Origin: Kiritimatiella glycovorans
GTDB lineage: Bacteria > Verrucomicrobiota > Kiritimatiellia > Kiritimatiellales > Kiritimatiellaceae
Length of the DNA stretch: 32,000 nucleotides
NCBI RefSeq assembly: GCF_001017655.1
Contig: NZ_CP010904.1
Coordinates: 1,200,001 to 1,232,000, forward strand
Direction of reading: 5' to 3'
Of the stretch, positions 9,543 through 17,874 are shown piece by piece (positions within the stretch are counted from its first letter, which is position 1; every line of letters starts with the position of its first letter). The position numbers were made by a program, and so were the translations under genes. Under the pieces are notes generated by a model. The model saw nothing but the letters and a program-made list of their open reading frames with translations. It did no database searches and was not told where the DNA came from.

Positions 9543-10640
9543 ATGGAACCTATCTGGAACGAATGGGTGGAGAACCTCAAGGTCTATGAACCGGGGCGGC
9601 CGATCACCGAGGTGGCCCGCGAACTGGGGTTCGACGACGTGGAGGACTTTCTCAAGCTGGCGTCGAACGAGAACGAGCTGGGTCCTTCGCCGAAGGCGGT
9701 GGAAGCGATCCGGAATCAGGCCGCCGGCGTGTACCGCTATCCCGACGGCGGCTGCTTCTACCTCAAGCGCAAGCTGGCCGCAAAACTGGATCTGACCCCG
9801 GAGCATCTCCTCTTCGGCAACGGAAGCAACGAGCTTATCGTCTTTCTCGGCCACGTCTTCCTGGGGCCGGGGCTCAATCTGGTCACCGGCGAATGCGCCT
9901 TCGCCGTATATCGGCTCGTCGCCGCCCTGTACCGCGCGGGTGTGGTCGCGGCGCCGATGCCGGATCTCACCTACGACCTCGACGCCCTGCTCGAGGCCGT
10001 AACCCCCGACACCCGGCTGGTCGCCGTATGCAACCCGAATAATCCGACCGGTACCGCGGTCGGGCAGGAGGACCTCGACCGTTTCATCGAACGCCTGCCC
10101 GGTCATTGCCTGGCCGTGTTCGACGAAGCCTATATCGAAATGATGCCGGAGGACCGGCGGCCGGATCTGATGCGCTACGTGCGCGAGGGGCGGGAAAACG
10201 TGCTGGTGCTGCGGACCTTCTCCAAGGCCTACGGACTCGCAGGTCTGCGCATCGGCTACGCGGCGGCGGCGCCCGCCGTGATCGGGCTGCTCAATCGCGT
10301 CCGCCAGCCGTTCAACGTGAACGTGCTCGCCCAAGCCGCTGCGGAGGCGGCGCTCGACGACGACGCGCACGTGGAGCGCACGCGCACGCTCGCCGCCGAG
10401 GGCTGCCGTACCGTCGCCGCCGCCCTGGCCGAACTCGGCTGCGAAACGGTCCCCTCGGTCGCCAACTTTATGCTCGTGCGCGTGGGAGACGGCGGAAAAG
10501 TCTTTGAACAGCTGCAGCGGCGCAGGATTATCGTCCGCCCGATGGGCGCGTACGGGCTTCCGGATTACGTGCGCGTGACGGTGGGAACGCCCGAACAGAA
10601 CGAACGGCTCATCGAAGCCTTCCGGGAGATTTCGGAATGA
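9543..10640 (+). CDS. hisC: histidinol-phosphate/aromatic aminotransferase (class II PLP aminotransferase)
   Basis: KLASNENELGPSP, NPNNPTG and LRTFSKAYGLAGLRIGY (PLP-lysine region) are present. Its position inside an aromatic amino acid operon suggests a Phe/Tyr transaminase role. Confidence 0.88.
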   Translation: MEPIWNEWVENLKVYEPGRPITEVARELGFDDVEDFLKLASNENELGPSPKAVEAIRNQAAGVYRYPDGGCFYLKRKLAAKLDLTPEHLLFGNGSNELIVFLGHVFLGPGLNLVTGECAFAVYRLVAALYRAGVVAAPMPDLTYDLDALLEAVTPDTRLVAVCNPNNPTGTAVGQEDLDRFIERLPGHCLAVFDEAYIEMMPEDRRPDLMRYVREGRENVLVLRTFSKAYGLAGLRIGYAAAAPAVIGLLNRVRQPFNVNVLAQAAAEAALDDDAHVERTRTLAAEGCRTVAAALAELGCETVPSVANFMLVRVGDGGKVFEQLQRRRIIVRPMGAYGLPDYVRVTVGTPEQNERLIEAFREISE

Positions 10641-11686
10641 TTATTGTATTCAGGAAGGACGCGAGCGATCAGCAGATCGAGCACGTCATCGAACGGGTCG
10701 AGGAATGGGGGCTCAGTCCCAACGTCAGCCGCGGGACGGAGCGGACGATCGTCGGCGTGATCGGCGACGAGGCGATCCTGCGTTCGAAGCCGCTGGAGGC
10801 GCTCCCGGGCGTCGAGCACGTGATGCCGGTGCTGAAGCCGTACAAGCGCGCCAGCGCGGAAATGCGGCCCGAGCGCACCCGTATCCGCGTGCCGGCGGTG
10901 CATGACGAGGGCGCGCCGCTGTTCATCGGCGGGACGGGGGTCGTGCTGATCGCGGGACCGTGCGCGGTCGAGAACTACGACCTGATGCTCGAAGTGGGGC
11001 GCCGCGTAAAGGCCGCCGGCGCGCACATGCTGCGGGGAGGCGCCTTCAAACCGCGCACGTCCCCCTATTCGTTCCAGGGGCTCGGCCGGGAAGGACTGGA
11101 GATTCTGCGCGCCGTCCGCGGCGAGACCGGGCTTCCGGTGGTGACCGAGGTCATGGACACCAAGGATGTGGAACTGGTGTCGGAGTACGCCGACCTGCTG
11201 CAGATCGGCGCGCGCAACATGCAGAATTTCACGCTCCTCAAGGAGGCCGGCCGGTCGCGCCGGCCGGTGGTGCTGAAGCGGGGCATGGCCAATACGATCG
11301 AGGAATGGCTGATGAGCGCCGAGTACATCATGAATGCGGGCAATGAGCAGGTGATCCTCTGCGAACGCGGCATACGCACCATCGAAACCCTGACGCGCAA
11401 TACGCTCGATCTCAGCGCCGTGCCCGTCGTCCGTCGCGAAAGCCATCTGCCGGTCATGGTGGATCCCAGTCACGGCTGCGGGCACGCCGACCTCGTGCCT
11501 GCGCTCGTGCGCGGGGCGATCGCCGCGGGGGCCGATGCCGTGATGGTCGAGGTCCATCCCGACCCCGAACGGGCGCTCTCCGACGGTCCGCAGTCGCTGC
11601 GCCCCGCGGAGTTCGAGCGCCTGGTCGAAGAGGCCGGGCGCGTCGCCCGGGCGGTGGAGCGCAGCCTGGAACCGGAGGGCAAGTAG
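10637..11686 (+). CDS. aroF: 3-deoxy-7-phosphoheptulonate (DAHP) synthase, type I-beta, with an N-terminal ferredoxin-like regulatory domain
   Basis: MIIVFRKDASDQQIEHVIERVEEWGL (regulatory domain). Catalytic-domain motifs are LIAGPCAVEN, MLRGGAFKPRTSPYSFQGLG, LQIGARNMQNF and VILCERGIRT. ATGA overlap with hisC. Confidence 0.92.
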   Translation: MIIVFRKDASDQQIEHVIERVEEWGLSPNVSRGTERTIVGVIGDEAILRSKPLEALPGVEHVMPVLKPYKRASAEMRPERTRIRVPAVHDEGAPLFIGGTGVVLIAGPCAVENYDLMLEVGRRVKAAGAHMLRGGAFKPRTSPYSFQGLGREGLEILRAVRGETGLPVVTEVMDTKDVELVSEYADLLQIGARNMQNFTLLKEAGRSRRPVVLKRGMANTIEEWLMSAEYIMNAGNEQVILCERGIRTIETLTRNTLDLSAVPVVRRESHLPVMVDPSHGCGHADLVPALVRGAIAAGADAVMVEVHPDPERALSDGPQSLRPAEFERLVEEAGRVARAVERSLEPEGK

Positions 11687-11689
11687 ACC

Positions 11690-12571
11690 GTGGCCGATGT
11701 CGCGCTTATGGGACTGGGATTGATGGGGGCCTCGCTGGGCATGGCGCTGCGCGGTCGGGCAGGGCGGCGGGTCTCGGCGTACGCCCGGCGTGAAGCGACC
11801 CGCACGACGGCGCTGGATCGCGGGGTGGCGGACGAGGTGTTCGCCGACCCCGCCGACGCGGTGCGCGAGGCCGGGCTGGTCGTATACTGCGTCCCCATCA
11901 CGGCCATCCCCGAGCTGGTCCGGGCGAGCCTGCCCGGGTTGCGCGGAGATGCCGTGCTGACCGACGTGGGCAGCACCAAGAGCTGGCTGCAGCGGATCCT
12001 CGCGCCGGTGCTCCCGGAAGAGGGTCCCGTCTTTGTGGGCAGCCACCCGCTCTGCGGCTCCGAGCGACAGGGGCTGGAGGCGGCGAGGGAAGACCTGTAC
12101 GAAGACGCCGCGACGCTCATAACGCCGGTTCCGGACGCCGCGCCGGAGGCCGTGGAGCGCGTCAGGGATATGTGGATCTCCGCCGGTTCGACGGTGCACC
12201 TGCTCGACCCCGGGGAACACGACCGGATCGTGGCCCGTACCAGTCACCTGCCGCACCTGGTCGCCGCCGCGCTCGCGCGGACCGCAGGCCGTGAGCCGGA
12301 GAAGGCCGCCTACTCCGGGACCGGGTTCCGCGACACCACCCGCGTCGCCGCCGGTTCGCCCGAGGTCTGGCGGGACATCCTCACGACCAACCGCGAAGCG
12401 GTGGCGGCCGAGGTCGGGGCCGCGCGCGAGGAACTGGACGCACTGAGCCGCCTGCTCGCCGACGGCGCGGAAGACGACCTCGAACGCTGGCTGCGCACCG
12501 CGGCCGAACGGCGCGCGGCGGTGCTCGCCCTGAACACCCGCGCGCCGTCCGGGAAACAGCCGGCCGAATGA
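11690..12571 (+). CDS. tyrA: prephenate dehydrogenase
   Basis: GTG start. Rossmann N-terminus VALMGLGLMGASLGMAL. Also GSHPLCGSE and SHLPHLVAAAL motifs. Confidence 0.88.
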   Translation: MADVALMGLGLMGASLGMALRGRAGRRVSAYARREATRTTALDRGVADEVFADPADAVREAGLVVYCVPITAIPELVRASLPGLRGDAVLTDVGSTKSWLQRILAPVLPEEGPVFVGSHPLCGSERQGLEAAREDLYEDAATLITPVPDAAPEAVERVRDMWISAGSTVHLLDPGEHDRIVARTSHLPHLVAAALARTAGREPEKAAYSGTGFRDTTRVAAGSPEVWRDILTTNREAVAAEVGAAREELDALSRLLADGAEDDLERWLRTAAERRAAVLALNTRAPSGKQPAE

Positions 12572-12599
12572 GGCCCGGCGGAACGGGAACGAGGAACGG

Positions 12600-13922
12600 A
12601 TGAACAGAGCGATCGATGCGGCAGGACCCCTGCAGGGAAGGCTGAGCGCGCCGGGCGACAAGAGCATCTCGCACCGTGCGGCGCTGCTGGCCGCGGTCGC
12701 GGAGGGTGTGACGACCGTCGAAGGCTATCTTTTCGCCGACGACTGCTGCGCGACCCTTAACGCCGTCTCGGTGCTGGGCGCCCGGGTCCGGCGTGACGGC
12801 GACCGGCTGGAGATCGAGGGCACCGGAGGGGCGCTCTCCGAGCCGGACCGCGAACTCGACCTCGGCAATTCGGGGACCGGCGCCCGCCTGCTGGCCGGCC
12901 TGCTGGCGGCCCGGCCGTTCGAGACGGTGGTGACCGGCGACGCCTCGCTGCGGCGGCGTCCGATGAGCCGCATCCGCGATCCGCTGGAGCGGATGGGTGC
13001 GGCGGTCGAACTGACCCCGCCGGGCGACACGCTCCCGATGCGCATCCGGGGCGGGGGGCTGGAGGCCATTGAATACGCGCTGCCCGTCGCGTCCGCCCAG
13101 GTCAAGTCTTGCGTGCTGCTCGCGGGCCTGTTTGCCCGCGGCACGACCTGCGTGCTGGAACCCCGTCCCTGCCGAGATCATACGGAACGTCTGCTGGCCT
13201 ACCTGGGCGCGGACATCCGCGTGGACGGCGACACCATCGAACTCGAAGGTCCGGCGTCCGGGGGCCCCCGGCTCCGGGCGCGGCCGATCGTGGTCCCCGG
13301 TGATATCTCCTCGGCGGCATTCTGGCTGGTCGCCGCGGCCGCCCGGCCGGGCGCGGAGGTGACGATCGAGGGGGTCGGACTGAATCCGCGGCGCTCCGGT
13401 ATCCTCGACGTGCTGCGCAGGATGGGCGCGGAGATTGAAATCACGGAGCGCGAGGCGGAAGGCGAACCGCTCGGCGACATCCTCGTCCGGGGCCGGACGC
13501 TGAACGGCACGGAGGTGGCCGGCGCGGAGATCCCGAATGTCATCGATGAACTCCCGCTGATCGCGGCGGCCGGGGCGCTGGCGGAGGGTCGGACGGAGAT
13601 CCGCGACGCGGAAGAGTTGCGGGTGAAGGAGAGCGACCGGATCAGTGCGATGACGGCCCATCTGCGCGCCTTCGGCGCGCAGGTCGACGAACGCGAGGAC
13701 GGCATGAGCATCGCGGGCGGAGCCCGGCTCCAGACCCCCGATGCTCCGCTCCCCGGCTACGGCGATCACCGGATCGCCATGGCGTCCGCGGTGCTCGCCG
13801 CGGCGTGCGGCATCCCCGCCGAGATCGCCGACGTCGGCTGCGTCGACACCTCGTATCCTCAGTTCTGGGAGCACTTTGCCGCACTCGGCGGCTCAACCCG
13901 CGGGATCGAGGTGAACCCATGA
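12600..13922 (+). CDS. aroA: 3-phosphoshikimate 1-carboxyvinyltransferase (EPSP synthase)
   Basis: GRLSAPGDKSISHRAALLAA, LGNSGTGARLL, RRRPMSRI, LRVKESDRI and GDHRIAMA motifs. Confidence 0.95.
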   Translation: MNRAIDAAGPLQGRLSAPGDKSISHRAALLAAVAEGVTTVEGYLFADDCCATLNAVSVLGARVRRDGDRLEIEGTGGALSEPDRELDLGNSGTGARLLAGLLAARPFETVVTGDASLRRRPMSRIRDPLERMGAAVELTPPGDTLPMRIRGGGLEAIEYALPVASAQVKSCVLLAGLFARGTTCVLEPRPCRDHTERLLAYLGADIRVDGDTIELEGPASGGPRLRARPIVVPGDISSAAFWLVAAAARPGAEVTIEGVGLNPRRSGILDVLRRMGAEIEITEREAEGEPLGDILVRGRTLNGTEVAGAEIPNVIDELPLIAAAGALAEGRTEIRDAEELRVKESDRISAMTAHLRAFGAQVDEREDGMSIAGGARLQTPDAPLPGYGDHRIAMASAVLAAACGIPAEIADVGCVDTSYPQFWEHFAALGGSTRGIEVNP

Positions 13923-15238
13923 TTCATGCCATGCCGATCATTGCGATCGACGGCCCCGCGGCCTCGGGCAAATCCACCGTGGCGCGGAAGACGGCTATGG
14001 AGCTTCAGTTCCTGTACGTCGATTCCGGTTCGCTCTATCGCGGGGTCACCTGGTCGGCCCTGGAGGCGGGGGCCGATCCCGCGGACGCCCGGCAGATCAT
14101 GCGTGTGGTCCGGCGCTCCGACTGGCGTTTTTTTGTCGAAGAGGGCGCCGTGCGGTTTTCCGTCGACGGGCGGCGGCCCGGCGATGCGCTGCGGGGCCCG
14201 GAGGTCCGCGCGCACGTCTCGGACATTGCCGCCGTGACCGCCGTGCGGCGCTGGGTCAACCGGCGCCTGCGCCGTCTCCGGCGGCTGGGTCCGCTGGTGA
14301 TGGAAGGGCGGGACATCGGCAGCGTCGTGTTTCCGCGGACACCGCTGAAGTTTTTTCTCAACGCCAGCCCCGAGGCGCGGGCGCAGCGCAGGGCGAAGGA
14401 GCTGCTCGCGCGGGGAGAAGAGGGCGAGGCCCACCGGGTTCTCGAGGAACTGGAGCAGCGGGATCAGCGCGACAGCACCCGGCGCGCCGCCCCGCTGCGC
14501 GTACCCCGGGGCGCGATCGAGATCGACAACACCGCCCTCAGCGTGCAGGAGGAAGTCGAGACCATCCTGCGGCGGGTCCACGAGGGGACGGGGATCGAAT
14601 ACGAACCCTGGTGCCGGCCGGGCGTCTATTTTTTCAGCCGGGCGCTCTTCTGCGGGTTCCTCCGCTGCTGGAACGCGTTCCGGGCGAGCGGGGCGGAGCA
14701 TGTACCGCAGCGCGGCGGATGCATTATCGCCGCCAACCACGCGAGCTTTCTCGACCCGCCCGTACTCGGCAGCGGCGTGAAGGGCCGGGTGGTCCACTTC
14801 ATGGCGCGTCACACCCTGTTCAAACCCGGCTTTCCGAAGTGGTGGATGGAGTCGGTGGGCGTGATCGCGGTCAAGCGGGGCGAAGCCGACCGCGCCGCGC
14901 TCAAGTCGGCCATCTCCTGCCTGAAGGCGGGGGCCGTGATCGGGATGTTCCCCGAGGGCACGCGCACGCGCGACGGGAAACTCCAGGAGCCGCGGGGCGG
15001 GGTCGGGTTTATCGCCGCCCGCAGCGGAGTACCGGTCGTGCCGGCCTATATCTCCGGCACCCGGCAGGCCTACCCGCGCGGCGCGAAGGGGATCCGTCCG
15101 AAACCGGTGCGGATACGGTACGGCGCACCGATCCCGCCGGCCGAACTCAAGCCGGATAAACGCGGCAAAGAGGGCTATGCGGAGGTCGGACGCAAGGTGA
15201 TGGCGCGGATCGCCGAACTCGCGCCCCCGGATGCCTGA
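13919..15238 (+). CDS. cmk: fusion protein: cytidylate kinase (N-terminal) plus 1-acyl-sn-glycerol-3-phosphate acyltransferase-like LPLAT domain (C-terminal)
   Basis: The Cmk half has IIAIDGPAASGKSTVAR, VDSGSLYRG, EGRDIGSVVFP and FLNASPEARAQRR. The PlsC half has the IIAANHASFLDPPVL (HX4D) and MFPEGTRTRDG motifs. It is one uninterrupted high-GC3 frame. ATG 13919 overlaps the aroA stop (ATGA). Confidence 0.88.
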   Translation: MIHAMPIIAIDGPAASGKSTVARKTAMELQFLYVDSGSLYRGVTWSALEAGADPADARQIMRVVRRSDWRFFVEEGAVRFSVDGRRPGDALRGPEVRAHVSDIAAVTAVRRWVNRRLRRLRRLGPLVMEGRDIGSVVFPRTPLKFFLNASPEARAQRRAKELLARGEEGEAHRVLEELEQRDQRDSTRRAAPLRVPRGAIEIDNTALSVQEEVETILRRVHEGTGIEYEPWCRPGVYFFSRALFCGFLRCWNAFRASGAEHVPQRGGCIIAANHASFLDPPVLGSGVKGRVVHFMARHTLFKPGFPKWWMESVGVIAVKRGEADRAALKSAISCLKAGAVIGMFPEGTRTRDGKLQEPRGGVGFIAARSGVPVVPAYISGTRQAYPRGAKGIRPKPVRIRYGAPIPPAELKPDKRGKEGYAEVGRKVMARIAELAPPDA

Positions 15239-15328
15239 ATCGGGCGGGACGGGGACTCGTCAGGCTCCTCCTGATCCGCTATAAACGGCTGCATTCACAA
15301 GAGACGAATTCGGGATTCAGGAGCGACC

Positions 15329-16861
15329 ATGGCGGAAAACAGGCGCAAGACGGCGATTACCCCGACGAGGGAAGACGACTACGCAGAGTGGTATCAGCAG
15401 GTCGTCCGTCAGGGAGACCTGGCGGAGACGAGCCCGGTGCGCGGCTGCATGGTGATCCGCCCCTGGGGCTACGCCCTGTGGGAAAACATCCGCGACCGGC
15501 TCGACGCCATGTTCAAGGAAACCGGGCACCGCAACGCCTACTTCCCGCTCTTCATCCCCAAGAGTTATCTCGAAAAGGAGGCGGAGCACGTGGAGGGCTT
15601 CGCCAAGGAATGCGCCGTCGTGACGCATCACCGCCTGGAAGCGTCGCCGGAAGGCGGCCTGCAGCCGGCCGGCGAACTGGAAGAGCCGCTGGTGGTGCGG
15701 CCCACTTCGGAGACGATCATCGGCGCCACCTACGCCCGCTGGGTGCAGAGTTACCGCGATCTTCCCATCCTGATCAACCAGTGGGCCAACGTGGTGCGGT
15801 GGGAACTCCGCACACGGCTCTTCCTGCGGACCGCGGAGTTTCTGTGGCAGGAGGGGCATACGGTCCACGAGACGGAGGCCGAGGCATGGGAGGAGACGGT
15901 GCGGATGCTGAACGTCTACCAGACCTTCGCGGAATCCTTCATGGCCATGCCGGTGATCGCCGGCGAGAAGACGGCCGGTGAACGGTTCCCGGGGGCGGTG
16001 CGCACGCTCTGCATCGAATCGATGATGCAGGACCGCAAGGCGCTGCAGGCCGGAACCAGCCACTTCCTGGGGCAGAACTTTGCGCGCTCCTCGGGCATCA
16101 CCTACCAGTCCCGGGAAGGGCGCGAAGAATTCGCGTGGACGACTTCCTGGGGCGTGTCGACCCGCCTGATCGGCGGACTCATCATGACCCACGCGGACGA
16201 CGACGGCATGGTGATGCCGCCGCGCCTGGCCCCCGCTCACGCAGTGCTGCTGCCGATCATACGCCGGGACAGCGACCGGGAGCGGATCATGGCCTACGTC
16301 CACAAGGTGGCCGCAGCGCTGCGTCAGGAGCGCTTCGACGGGGCGCCGGTTCGGGTCGAAATCGACGACCGCGAGGTCAATGCGGGCGAAAAGGGCTGGG
16401 AGTGGGTGCGACGCGGCGTTCCCCTGCGGGTCGAGATCGGACCGCGGGACATGGAGAAGGACGCCGTCTTCGTCGCCCGGCGCGACCGCGGACCGAAGGA
16501 GAAGACTTCGCTGCCGTGGAAGCAGTTCGTTCAGAACGTGGGAAGCGAGCTGGAGGATATTCAGAGTTCGCTCTTCGAGCGCGCGCTCGACCGGCGCGAA
16601 AGGCACACGCGCGAGGTCGATACGTTCTCGCAGCTGGAGTCGTTTTTCACCCCTGTCGACGGGGCGCGGCCCGGCATTCACGGCGGCTTCGCGAGGGCGC
16701 ACTGGTGCGGCCGCGAAGAGTGTGAAAAGAGGATCAATGATGAGCTTTCCGTGACGATCCGTTCGGTGCCGCTCGAAGAGGAGGGCTTTACCGAGCCGGG
16801 TAAATGCATCTGCTGCGGGAACGAAAGCCGTACCCGGGTGGTCATGGCGAAGAGCTATTAA
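15329..16861 (+). CDS. proS: proline--tRNA ligase, archaeal/eukaryote-like type
   Basis: YAEWYQQVVRQGDLAETSPVRGCMVIRPWGYALWE, FRTAEFLWQEGHT and LQAGTSHFLGQNF. The C-terminal Zn-type domain ends ...CICCG...VVMAKSY, with the terminal Tyr typical of this ProRS type. Confidence 0.95.
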   Translation: MAENRRKTAITPTREDDYAEWYQQVVRQGDLAETSPVRGCMVIRPWGYALWENIRDRLDAMFKETGHRNAYFPLFIPKSYLEKEAEHVEGFAKECAVVTHHRLEASPEGGLQPAGELEEPLVVRPTSETIIGATYARWVQSYRDLPILINQWANVVRWELRTRLFLRTAEFLWQEGHTVHETEAEAWEETVRMLNVYQTFAESFMAMPVIAGEKTAGERFPGAVRTLCIESMMQDRKALQAGTSHFLGQNFARSSGITYQSREGREEFAWTTSWGVSTRLIGGLIMTHADDDGMVMPPRLAPAHAVLLPIIRRDSDRERIMAYVHKVAAALRQERFDGAPVRVEIDDREVNAGEKGWEWVRRGVPLRVEIGPRDMEKDAVFVARRDRGPKEKTSLPWKQFVQNVGSELEDIQSSLFERALDRRERHTREVDTFSQLESFFTPVDGARPGIHGGFARAHWCGREECEKRINDELSVTIRSVPLEEEGFTEPGKCICCGNESRTRVVMAKSY

Positions 16862-16873
16862 ACGGAGGCGGAT

Positions 16874-17458
16874 ATGTCCCCGAAAAAGAAATATAAGATC
16901 AAAGGCACCAAGGACTTCCTCATTATAGCCATCGCCTGCTTCATCTTCTGTATCTGGGCGATCCGCGACGGATGGTTCCCCACCGAGGGCGTGCTGAAGA
17001 AGCACCCGCAGCGCGTGGAACTGTCCTTCGAGAGGGCCGGACGGGTGACGGAGGTGCAGGTGGAGGAGGGGCAGGAGGTCCGTCCCGGCGAGGTGGTGGC
17101 CGAGATCGCGGCCACCGACCTGGAGCGGGCGGTGTTTGAAGCGGAAAAGGCCTACCGGCGCGTCCGGGAACAGGGGACGGAGGCGGATCAGCGCAAAGCG
17201 CTCGGAGAGCTGAGAGAGGCGCGCGCCGCTCTCGAGCAGGCCGAGCTGAAGGTCGGCGATCAATACGGGAAGAACGATCTGTCCGTGGCGGATGTGCTCG
17301 AGGTCAAGGTGCGGGAGGGGTACCGCGTCAAACCGGGCGAGACCGCCGTGGTGATCCACCCCCACGATCATTTCTACCCGTTCAATAAGAGCCTCACCTT
17401 TCTGACCGGCATCCTGTTCTTCGTGTTCATGTACCTGCACTGGGTGGCCAATCGATGA
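16874..17458 (+). CDS. small two-TM membrane protein with a split barrel-sandwich (biotinyl/lipoyl-like, HlyD-type) motif and a short coiled coil
   Basis: N-terminal TM FLIIAIACFIFCIWAI and C-terminal TM LTFLTGILFFVFMYLHWV. Between them lie AGRVTEVQVEEGQEVRPGEVVAEI, then a helical EAEKAYRRVREQ...REARAALEQAELK, then VLEVKVREGYRVKPGETAVVI. It starts 13 nt after proS. High GC3. Confidence 0.7.
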   Translation: MSPKKKYKIKGTKDFLIIAIACFIFCIWAIRDGWFPTEGVLKKHPQRVELSFERAGRVTEVQVEEGQEVRPGEVVAEIAATDLERAVFEAEKAYRRVREQGTEADQRKALGELREARAALEQAELKVGDQYGKNDLSVADVLEVKVREGYRVKPGETAVVIHPHDHFYPFNKSLTFLTGILFFVFMYLHWVANR

Positions 17459-17464
17459 ACATGC

Positions 17465-17495
17465 GCGCCCCGGGGGCGCAGGGGACGGCTTTTTC
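17465..17495 (+). terminator. candidate GC hairpin plus T-run downstream of the small membrane protein gene
   Basis: gcgcccc-g-ggggcgc palindrome (17465-17479). A ttttt run lies at 17490-17494, about 11 nt downstream of the stem, so this is atypical for an intrinsic terminator. Confidence 0.25.
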
Positions 17496-17506
17496 GGGCA
17501 AACCAT

Positions 17507-17534
17507 TTGACGCGTGAGCGCAAAGCCCTATCAT
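17507..17534 (+). promoter_or_regulatory. sigma70-like promoter candidate for the HU/IHF-hisS-aspS unit
   Basis: TTGACG (17507-17512), a 16-nt spacer, then TATCAT (17529-17534). It lies about 50 nt upstream of ATG 17585 in an AT-richer spacer. Confidence 0.45.
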
Positions 17535-17584
17535 TCACCACTTAAGATTTTTTTAGGAATCGGACGAAAAAAGGGGGACGGATC

Positions 17585-17866
17585 ATGACGAAGCGGGATC
17601 TCGTGGTAAGGATCGCCGATGAGACGGATTTAACGCAGAAGCAGGTGTACGGGGTGGTCCAGAAGACGCTCGATTACATCATCGAGGCCCTCGAACAGGG
17701 CGAGAACGTGGAATTTCGCAATTTCGGCGTGTTTGAAGTTCGTGAACGCAAACAGCGTATCGGCCGCAACCCGAATCAGCCGGAAAACGTGGTCACGATC
17801 CCCCCGCGCAAGGTCGTGAAATTCAAGCCCGGGCGCATCATGCGCCGCAATATTACGGGCGGTTGA
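17585..17866 (+). CDS. HU/IHF family DNA-binding protein (IHF-beta-like)
   Basis: MTKRDLVVRIADETDLTQKQVYGVV...FRNFGVFEVRERKQRIGRNPNQPENVVTIPPRKVVKFKPGR carries the bacterial histone-like fold signature (R.GRNP...P.FKPG). Confidence 0.9.
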   Translation: MTKRDLVVRIADETDLTQKQVYGVVQKTLDYIIEALEQGENVEFRNFGVFEVRERKQRIGRNPNQPENVVTIPPRKVVKFKPGRIMRRNITGG

Positions 17867-17874
17867 CAGGGACC

